This document shows, one piece after another, positions 7,594 through 14,877 of a stretch of DNA of 42,994 bases (the stretch's first letter is position 1; every line of letters starts with the position of its first letter). This DNA is from a virus (lineage: Duplodnaviria; Caudoviricetes), in IMG/VR virus record IMGVR_UViG_3300022746_000034, positions 1-42,994 of that record; one strand, written 5' to 3'. The notes below the pieces were generated by a model, which searched no databases, was not told the DNA's origin, and saw only the letters and a list, made by a program, of their open reading frames with translations. The translations under genes and the position numbers were made by a program.

Positions 7594-9197
7594 TGCTTGT
7601 CCCGCGCCCATACCAACAGCGCGTGGTCGATGATCTGTGGCGCTTCTTTGACGAGCACCCCGATGGCAACCCAGTTGTCGAAGCTTGCGTCGGAGCGGGC
7701 AAGTCGATGATGGTGGCCATGATTGCCCAGCGCGCTATGACCGAGTACCCCGGCACGCGCATTGTGGTGATTGTGCCAAGCAAAGAGCTGCTGGTTCAAA
7801 ACGTGGAGGAGCTGTACTCGGTGTGGCCAGAGGCTCGCGCCGGCGTTTACTCTGCTGCGGTCAAGAGCAAACAGCTTGGCTACGACTTGACCTACGCGAC
7901 CATTGGATCGATCTACCGGCAAGCCCACCTGATGGGCCGCATTGACCTGATCTTGGCGGATGAATGCCACGGCATCAACCCCAAAGACACAGGCATGTGG
8001 CGCAGCTTTATCAACGACCTGCGTAAATACGGCAGCCCTGCCCGCGTTGTGGGCCTGACAGGCACGCCCTTCCGCGGCAATGGTGCTTGGCTGACCTGCG
8101 GCGAGGAGCCGCTGTTCACCAACGTCTGCACCCGCGTGACGATCCGTGAGCTGCTGGACCTTGGGTTCTTGTCGCCGCTCACCACCATCGAGACCAAGAC
8201 GCACATCGATGTGAGCACGGCACGGACCGTGGCAGGCGACTACAACCTGCAGGACTTGGCCAAGCTGACCGACAAGGACGAGCTGGTGCAGGCCGCGGCC
8301 GACGAGATCGTGGTCATGGGTGCACCTCGTAAGAAGTGGCTCGTGTTCGCGGTCAACGTGGCCCACGCAGAACACGTTTGCGCGGCTTTAATTGACCGGG
8401 GAATACCTTCGGCAGTCGTGACTGGAGACACGCCTTCTGCGCAGCGTGACGGGGCTATTGCAGCGTACCGTCGCGGGGAGCTTCGCTGCCTTGTCAACGT
8501 CTCGGTTCTGACCACCGGGTTCAACGTGCGCGACATCGACTTTCTTGTCCTGCTGCGCGCCACCAAGTCCCCGGTCCTGTACGTTCAAATTCTGGGCCGC
8601 GCCCTGCGCACAGCCGAGGGCAAGACCGACGCGCTGATCGCCGACTTCACCGACACCATCGCCACCCTTGGACCGGTCGACGAGATCAAGGGACGTGTGC
8701 CAAGCGGTGGGAGGAAGGGTCAGGCGCCCACCAAGATTTGCCCCAACTGCGGCAACCCAAACCCAGCCAGCGCAGTGGAGTGCGTCGAGGGTTGTGGCCA
8801 CGTATTCCCAGAGCCTGATCGCATCACTCACGGGACCGAGGCCAGCGCAGCTGCCGTGCTCAGCTCGCAAAAAGAAACCATGTTCAAGGTCGTGCCTGTC
8901 GACCGGGTTGCGTACAAGCTGCATCAAAAAGAAGACAAGCCCGACAGCTTGCGCGTGGAGTATTACAGCGGTCTGATGCGTGTGGCCAGCGAGTGGGTGT
9001 GCCTGTCTCACGAGGGCTACGCACGCAGGAAGGCCGAGTCTTGGTGGCGCCAGCGCGCAACCATCGACGCCATACCCAGCAGCACGCACGACGCCATCGA
9101 GTGGCTGAACTACAGCGAGTCAATCTTGCGCAAGCCAAGTGAGCTGACCGTCAGCAAAGAGAAGTACCCATCAATTCTTTCTTACAACTGGAACTAA
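7593..9197 (+). CDS. SF2 DEAD/DEAH-box helicase (RadD/YejH-like) with Zn ribbon
   Basis: RPYQ, GAGKS, DECH, LTGTP, VLTTGFN, QILGRALR, CPNCG..C. Confidence 0.92.
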   Translation: MLVPRPYQQRVVDDLWRFFDEHPDGNPVVEACVGAGKSMMVAMIAQRAMTEYPGTRIVVIVPSKELLVQNVEELYSVWPEARAGVYSAAVKSKQLGYDLTYATIGSIYRQAHLMGRIDLILADECHGINPKDTGMWRSFINDLRKYGSPARVVGLTGTPFRGNGAWLTCGEEPLFTNVCTRVTIRELLDLGFLSPLTTIETKTHIDVSTARTVAGDYNLQDLAKLTDKDELVQAAADEIVVMGAPRKKWLVFAVNVAHAEHVCAALIDRGIPSAVVTGDTPSAQRDGAIAAYRRGELRCLVNVSVLTTGFNVRDIDFLVLLRATKSPVLYVQILGRALRTAEGKTDALIADFTDTIATLGPVDEIKGRVPSGGRKGQAPTKICPNCGNPNPASAVECVEGCGHVFPEPDRITHGTEASAAAVLSSQKETMFKVVPVDRVAYKLHQKEDKPDSLRVEYYSGLMRVASEWVCLSHEGYARRKAESWWRQRATIDAIPSSTHDAIEWLNYSESILRKPSELTVSKEKYPSILSYNWN

Positions 9198-9199
9198 AA

Positions 9200-9397
9200 A
9201 TGGATGATCAAAAAATAATTGAAAGCCTACGCAATCAACTTCGCGAAGCAACAAAGCGAGTGCCCGCTCGAATCAACAGCGCATCAGTGCAGGCGGTTCG
9301 AGAGTACAAGGAAGCGTACAAAAAAGCAGTCAAACTCATCGACAAGAAAGGCGCCAAAGAGACTGAGCTTCGCTCAGCTTTGGTGGCAGTGCAATGA
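9200..9397 (+). CDS. hypothetical protein (65 aa)
   Basis: ORF track, tight packing. Confidence 0.65.
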   Translation: MDDQKIIESLRNQLREATKRVPARINSASVQAVREYKEAYKKAVKLIDKKGAKETELRSALVAVQ

Positions 9398-9594
9398 AAC
9401 CAGTAGAGATACAAGTCAAGATCAGCATCGCCCGTCGCGAGATGGAGTTCTGGCAGAGCATTCTGCAAAACAAGTCATGCAAAGACTGCGAGAAATTTCA
9501 GCAAGGAGTTTGCGAAGAGTTCAATGCGATACCACCAGAGGATGTGCAGAGAGTCGGATGCGATTCCTACGAATGGGACACCATACCTTTTTAA
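9394..9594 (+). CDS. small Cys-rich protein (CKDCEKF..GVC...GC; ends IPF)
   Basis: ATGA coupling; Cys pattern. Confidence 0.7.
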   Translation: MKPVEIQVKISIARREMEFWQSILQNKSCKDCEKFQQGVCEEFNAIPPEDVQRVGCDSYEWDTIPF

Positions 9595-9609
9595 CCACGG
9601 AGAAAACAA

Positions 9610-9942
9610 ATGTCAAAAGAAAAGTTAGATTGCCAATGGCCTCGCTGCAGCTGCGCAACTAGATGCATAGCTGATGGCGAAGTTATTGGATTTTTAGATC
9701 CTATGCAAGCAATCAAGCCTCAACGTGAAGGTGACCAGCAAGCGCCAACGCCAAACAACAAGCCAGCAATTCAGGATCTTGTCCTGCAGGACATGCTCGC
9801 CCGCAAGATGCTTGGCCAGCAGCGCTACGGCACACCGCTTCAGCCACATAACGGACGTGATATGATGCAGGACCTTTACGAAGAACTCTTGGATGCGTGC
9901 AACTACATTCGTGGTGCGATCTATGAGCGTGACGGTAAGTAA
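9610..9942 (+). CDS. MazG-like / NTP pyrophosphohydrolase-fold protein
   Basis: G-x-x-RYGTPLQP-x-NGRD...EELLDACNY motif; GGAGA RBS. Confidence 0.6.
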   Translation: MSKEKLDCQWPRCSCATRCIADGEVIGFLDPMQAIKPQREGDQQAPTPNNKPAIQDLVLQDMLARKMLGQQRYGTPLQPHNGRDMMQDLYEELLDACNYIRGAIYERDGK

Positions 9943-9966
9943 TTTTTAACCAACTGGAGAACGAAG

Positions 9967-10476
9967 ATGCAACGCTATATCGGCACAAAGATTATCAACG
10001 CTGAGCCAATGAACCGCCAGAAGTACAACGACTTCCGTGGCTGGACATTGCCAGAGAATGAGGACGGAAACGACGAGGGTTACCTTGTTGAATACCTTGA
10101 CGGCGGCAAGCCCAACACAGACAAGTTCGAGGGCTACGTCAGCTGGTCACCCAAAGAGCAATTCGAAAAAGCCTACCGTCAATCTGACGCGTTGTCATTT
10201 AGCTTGGCGCTTGAGGCTTTGAAGGATGGCAAGCGCATCGCTCGCGCCGGCTGGAACGGCAAAGACATGTGGCTGTCACTGAGCTGCGGTGAGACTCGTG
10301 AAGTTTCATCGTCTGGTTTCTGGTCGCAAAACAATCGTGAGTACGCTGACTCTTTGGGCGGTTCTGCCACTGTGTTGCCATGCATCACCATGAAGGTTGC
10401 AACTGGTGAGATCTTGATGGGCTGGCTCGCATCACAAAGCGACATGCTCAGTGAAGACTGGGTGATCCTCGAATGA
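9967..10476 (+). CDS. tad2: Tad2-like (DUF2829) anti-Thoeris sponge protein with extra N-terminal domain
   Basis: F-x-x-ALEALK-x-GKRIARAGWNGKDMWL...GWLASQSDMLSEDW is the DUF2829 signature. Confidence 0.75.
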   Translation: MQRYIGTKIINAEPMNRQKYNDFRGWTLPENEDGNDEGYLVEYLDGGKPNTDKFEGYVSWSPKEQFEKAYRQSDALSFSLALEALKDGKRIARAGWNGKDMWLSLSCGETREVSSSGFWSQNNREYADSLGGSATVLPCITMKVATGEILMGWLASQSDMLSEDWVILE

Positions 10477-10796
10477 GTAACGCACACGCAGTGTTCAACG
10501 TAGGTGCTGCCCTACAAATTCTGAAAGAGCAGATCGATCCAGACAAGTGGAGCGAGACGCCTTTGCCAATCATCGCGGCGCCCAAGTGGTGGCTCGATGA
10601 GTTGTGCGAAGAGCTGGGTGCGAATGAAGGCATGGAGCCTGACATGATTCACAACTGCAAGGTGGTTCGCAACGACGAACTCGAAGAGCCAAAGCTGATT
10701 GATCACGACGGCAAGATGTATTCGATCCTGCCTCAGTGGCAGCGCAACAAACAAGCAGAGGGAGACTCAAATGAGCAAAGCAATAGTGAAGCTTGA
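10473..10796 (+). CDS. hypothetical protein (107 aa)
   Basis: ATGA coupling. Confidence 0.7.
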   Translation: MSNAHAVFNVGAALQILKEQIDPDKWSETPLPIIAAPKWWLDELCEELGANEGMEPDMIHNCKVVRNDELEEPKLIDHDGKMYSILPQWQRNKQAEGDSNEQSNSEA

Positions 10797-10959
10797 GGAT
10801 CAAGACGACGGTACAGTCAAGATCGAAATCGAGTTTGGTGAAGAGGGTGGTAACCCAACAAGCGGCGCCCATAACATGGCCGTCACAATGGTAAACATGA
10901 CCGCATCCATGATGGGGCAAATGGTCAATGAACAAGGAGAGATGAGCAATGGACAATAA
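10771..10959 (+). CDS. hypothetical protein (62 aa, MSKAIVKLEDQDDG...)
   Basis: GAGGGAG RBS before ATG 10771. Confidence 0.7.
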   Translation: MSKAIVKLEDQDDGTVKIEIEFGEEGGNPTSGAHNMAVTMVNMTASMMGQMVNEQGEMSNGQ

Positions 10960-11398
10960 CTACCACCGCACAGCGGACTGGCTGACAGCATGCGGCAAAG
11001 TGCCATCGGCTGAGGATGCATCAACACAGATCGGTTGCGACATTGAAGAGCAGGTCGAGTTTCTCGAGTGCCTGATGCTCAATCACGACGGCAACCAAGC
11101 CCTGCTGGATGACGCCATCCGCAACTTGAAGCGCATCGCGAAGGCATTGAAGTCTGGTTCTGACATGGCGTTTGTGGGTGAAGGTGATCGCGTCAATGCG
11201 CTCGACTCGCTGTGTGATCGCGAGGTGACTGGCAACGGCGTAGCCCACTTGCTCAGCTTCAACAAGCCCATGGCTGACCAAGCCGTGTTGGCATCCAACG
11301 AAGCGAAGCTGGTTGACGGAGAGCCTGTCATCCTCGAGGGCGGCAAGATCGGTAAGCCAGAGGGCTGGACACCACCTGACCTGTCAGAGTTTGTATGA
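10949..11398 (+). CDS. NTP pyrophosphohydrolase (MazG/PRA-PH-like phage family)
   Basis: IEEQVEF, ALDSLCD, SNEAK, GKIGKPEGWTPPDL motifs. Confidence 0.8.
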   Translation: MDNNYHRTADWLTACGKVPSAEDASTQIGCDIEEQVEFLECLMLNHDGNQALLDDAIRNLKRIAKALKSGSDMAFVGEGDRVNALDSLCDREVTGNGVAHLLSFNKPMADQAVLASNEAKLVDGEPVILEGGKIGKPEGWTPPDLSEFV

Positions 11399-11631
11399 CC
11401 AAGGGGCCAAAGTTTGCACTCACCAAGTGGGGCGTTGGCCTCTACGTGGTGTTCATCATGTTCTTTGGTGGCGTGTTCTTGCTGTGGACCATATTCGACT
11501 GGCTCTGCAGCAGCAGCTCATCGCCTTGGTATCACGTGGCCGCATTCGGTGTGAGCATGACCGTGTGCTTGGTGTACGAATACTGGGCGGTGCGAATACT
11601 AGACTGGATAGCTGACAAGCTAGACGTCTAA
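11395..11631 (+). CDS. two-TM membrane protein (78 aa)
   Basis: Two hydrophobic segments; ATGA coupling. Confidence 0.65.
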   Translation: MTKGPKFALTKWGVGLYVVFIMFFGGVFLLWTIFDWLCSSSSSPWYHVAAFGVSMTVCLVYEYWAVRILDWIADKLDV

Positions 11632-11660
11632 AAAAAGGGACCCTTGGGTCCCTTTCTTAT
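11630..11660. terminator. bidirectional intrinsic terminator between the convergent arms
   Basis: A-tract, AAAGGGACCC-TT-GGGTCCCTTT hairpin, T-rich tail. Confidence 0.85.
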
Positions 11661-14383
11661 TTGTTGATCTCGTTGCCTTCGACGTCGAGACCTTCTTTCA
11701 ATCGCTGGATTTTTAGCTTCTGCAAATCGCGTTCCTTCTCTGCATTCTCAGGCGTGATGGCGCCCTTGTTTTCGAGTCGGTTGATTCGCTTGACCTCGGC
11801 ATCCAGACCTTGAATCAGCTTGCGGCGATCGGCTGCCTCAATCTTCTCGGACAAGTCCAAGTCGACCGGGCGAATCTTGATGCCAATGGTTTGCGCAATG
11901 GCGTACTTGGTTTGCACAGGCAGGCCGTCCTTGCCTACGCCGGTGTAGCCAAGCACTGGTTCGCCAACTTGGTTTGCGATCACGTTTAGTGCGCGGTCCC
12001 AGTGATAGTTGCCAACGGCAACCGCTGGGGTGAACTGTTGCCACAACCACTTGCCGCGTTTGGCCGAAGCCTCTGCGCTGGTGTCGTTCTTGTCGACGAT
12101 CTCTTTGCCAAAGAACGGGTCCTTGTTCCACAGCATGGCGCCGATGGTGTTCAAGATCGGGCTGCTTGGCGTGAGCGGCTGAAGCAGTGGCACACCGCCG
12201 GCGTTGGATGTTGCGTCGAGCAAGTCGCCACCGGGGAAGATGCGACTGACGTCCAAGAACAGTGGCAGGTTGGTCACGTCATCCATGCCCATGCGGATCG
12301 CCTTGGGCGTACCCAATGTGGCGCTGGCGCCCTTCATCCATGGCGGCAGGTGGCTACGCTGGTCAGCCTCAAGCGCACGCGCGCGAGCGCGGAACTCGGG
12401 GTCTGTTACGTAACGGCGGATCACATCCCACCAGTCCTCGTCATCGCCACCACCAAGGCTTGCGGCCATGGCGTACATCATCGCGTTGACGGTGTACAAG
12501 GCGGCGGCCGGTGCGGCATAGCGCCACGGCTGCTCGAGGGCGGTCTGGGCTAGGGTTGGGATGACCTTGTAGGTGTAGCTGAAGAACGGCAGGGCATAGT
12601 CGCGCAGCTTGCGTGCACCACCCGGCAGGTCGTCGTAGGTGAAGATGTACTTCTGGGCATAGTCAACCGCATCATCGGAGCCTAGGCCGCGCTGACGGGC
12701 CTCACGGTATATCAGGTATCTGAAGAACAAATCCTCGGCCTCGTAGGCTTTTCCTGCGGGTTTGCGCAGCCAGAACGACAGGGCATTCCACACAGCCTCG
12801 ACACCTTGGGCAGCCTTCGACTCACTGGCCTCGGCCAATACCTTGAGCTGGTCTGGCATGTTGTTGAGCAAGTCTGCCCGGTTGAACGTGCCGCCAAACA
12901 GGCCTGAATTCTTTGCCTCGTCGATCATGGGGTCGCCCTTGACCAAGTCCTTGATCGCGCCGATGTACTTGTGCGCATCCCAGTAGGACACGCCAGCGAA
13001 GTGGGCCATGGTCAGGTTGGACATCACGTTGTTGGCGTGAGAGACCGGGTTCAGTACGGTCTTACCCTCTTTCCACATACTCAAGCCCTTGAGGTAAATC
13101 TTCATCAGATCGCCCTGCATGGATGAGTCAAATGCAACGAGGTGGTCAAGCACCTCAGCCGGCACCCACTTGTTGGCCAGCTTGCCGTAGGTCTTCGCGT
13201 TCGTGCCCTCGACTGTGCTGTTGGGCACCTGCACGTAGCCCTCTTGCTCACGCTTGACGGCAACCGTGTTGGCGAGGTTTTCATACAAGCGGCCAAGTGC
13301 GATGTCGCGCTGGCTCTTGTTGTAGCCCATCACAAAGCGGAACATGGCGTCACGGATTTCGCCCATGTCGTCACGCTCTTCTCGGGTGTAGTCTCGCCAC
13401 ATCGTGATCTCGGTGTCGTTCTCAGCATCGAAGTCGTCGTCGCGAACTTCCCAACCCTCGTCGATCCACTCTTGCTGGTCCTCAACTGGCACGTTCTGAA
13501 ACAGACCGCGGGCTTTGAGGCTTGAGCCGCTGATACCCTGCATGGTTTTCTTGCGGCCAAGCAATCCTTTGACGGCTTTCATCCACGCCTTGGTTTCGTC
13601 CTTGAGCTTTGACTCGTAGAAGCGTGGCAGGTACTTGCCATCCCATCGGCCGGCAGCGTCCTCGCTCAGCATACCCAAGCGCACCAGCTCAGCCGACTGC
13701 TCGGACATGATCGACTGCATCGACGCAGCCAGTTCGAGGATGTGCTTGGGTGGCTTTGCTCCGCGCTTGAGTTCACCCTCAATCACGTCGCTGATCATTT
13801 GACGCTCTTGATCCGACAGGTCTTTCATCTTGCCGGCAACCTCGACGGTGAGGTTCTGAGCCCTCTCAATTTCGACCTTCATCTTGCGCATGGCGCGAGA
13901 CAAGTCTTGGCTGATAGGCTTGAGCTTGACCTTCTCGAGCACGGCGTTGGCCACGTCTGCGACGGCGCGATAAATCTTTGCACCACTTGCGAAGCGGAAG
14001 TTGCCAAGCTCATCGCGATCAAGAATCCAAGTCTGCGCAAAGCGAACCGGCGCAGGGGCGACAGACCCACGCTTGGCCATCATCATGTCGGCCGGGTGCT
14101 CGTAGCGCCAGTCAGCTGCCGCCTCGACAAAGCCCTCGTAATCCTGATCAACGAACTCGTCCACCGTCTTGTAGCCTGCGGCCTTGGCCTTTTGTTGCAG
14201 GTACTCTTGCTGGGCTTTGGCATCTTCTGACAGATTGATCGGTTCAGCTTTGTTGCTCTCACGAATGCTGACCCCACCCACGATGGAGTCGACACCATTC
14301 AACACGAGGAAAGCCTTCATCTCGGCCATGCCGACAATGGTCTGCTCCCCGTCCTTGGTGTTGAACTTGTAGGTGCAGCTCAT
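11657..14383 (-). CDS. large internal virion/ejection protein (908 aa; resembles C-terminal regions of large polyvalent proteins)
   Basis: Long ORF at the end of the virion module; TGATG coupling to ferritin; F-x-Y-D-D-L-P...PFFSY motif. Confidence 0.75.
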   Translation of the reverse strand: MSCTYKFNTKDGEQTIVGMAEMKAFLVLNGVDSIVGGVSIRESNKAEPINLSEDAKAQQEYLQQKAKAAGYKTVDEFVDQDYEGFVEAAADWRYEHPADMMMAKRGSVAPAPVRFAQTWILDRDELGNFRFASGAKIYRAVADVANAVLEKVKLKPISQDLSRAMRKMKVEIERAQNLTVEVAGKMKDLSDQERQMISDVIEGELKRGAKPPKHILELAASMQSIMSEQSAELVRLGMLSEDAAGRWDGKYLPRFYESKLKDETKAWMKAVKGLLGRKKTMQGISGSSLKARGLFQNVPVEDQQEWIDEGWEVRDDDFDAENDTEITMWRDYTREERDDMGEIRDAMFRFVMGYNKSQRDIALGRLYENLANTVAVKREQEGYVQVPNSTVEGTNAKTYGKLANKWVPAEVLDHLVAFDSSMQGDLMKIYLKGLSMWKEGKTVLNPVSHANNVMSNLTMAHFAGVSYWDAHKYIGAIKDLVKGDPMIDEAKNSGLFGGTFNRADLLNNMPDQLKVLAEASESKAAQGVEAVWNALSFWLRKPAGKAYEAEDLFFRYLIYREARQRGLGSDDAVDYAQKYIFTYDDLPGGARKLRDYALPFFSYTYKVIPTLAQTALEQPWRYAAPAAALYTVNAMMYAMAASLGGGDDEDWWDVIRRYVTDPEFRARARALEADQRSHLPPWMKGASATLGTPKAIRMGMDDVTNLPLFLDVSRIFPGGDLLDATSNAGGVPLLQPLTPSSPILNTIGAMLWNKDPFFGKEIVDKNDTSAEASAKRGKWLWQQFTPAVAVGNYHWDRALNVIANQVGEPVLGYTGVGKDGLPVQTKYAIAQTIGIKIRPVDLDLSEKIEAADRRKLIQGLDAEVKRINRLENKGAITPENAEKERDLQKLKIQRLKEGLDVEGNEINK

Positions 14384-14868
14384 CAGGCGCCCAGCTCTTG
14401 GTCAATGATGATCAAGCCGCACTTGTCGTCGCCAACCAGCTCGAGGCGAGCAAGCAGGTCACCGTACTCACCAACGCTAAGGCGTTGGATCTCGAGAAAC
14501 TGCAGCAGGAATTGCTGAGTGATGCAATCAGCTTCGTCGTACCACTTCTCGTAGTTGTCCATCAACTCAACCTCTGTGTCGAACGCAACTTCAATTGCGT
14601 CCATCAGGCTGGTGGGTTTGTCGCGCATAGCTTCGACCATGGGAATGTTCGCGACAGAGCCACGGTCATTCATGTAGTCGGCCAGCTTCTGGTAGTGAGT
14701 CAGCTCATCAGCACTCTCGCCGGCAAAGAACTTTTGCGCACCAAAGAAACCCATGCGCTGCATGTGATTCGACAGATGCTTGTAAAGGTTGGACGCGAAC
14801 AGCTCCGCGTGAACGGCCTTGTCCAGAATAGCTTGAGTTTCAGGCTTGAGAAAATTACGGGTTGCCAT
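14383..14868 (-). CDS. ftn: ferritin (non-heme, FtnA-like)
   Basis: E...Y (AELFASNLY), DE-x-x-H (ESADELTH), YMNDRG, TE, FLEIQ, C-terminal GLIIIDQEL; AAGGA RBS. Confidence 0.88.
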   Translation of the reverse strand: MATRNFLKPETQAILDKAVHAELFASNLYKHLSNHMQRMGFFGAQKFFAGESADELTHYQKLADYMNDRGSVANIPMVEAMRDKPTSLMDAIEVAFDTEVELMDNYEKWYDEADCITQQFLLQFLEIQRLSVGEYGDLLARLELVGDDKCGLIIIDQELGA

Positions 14869-14877
14869 TTTGAATCC

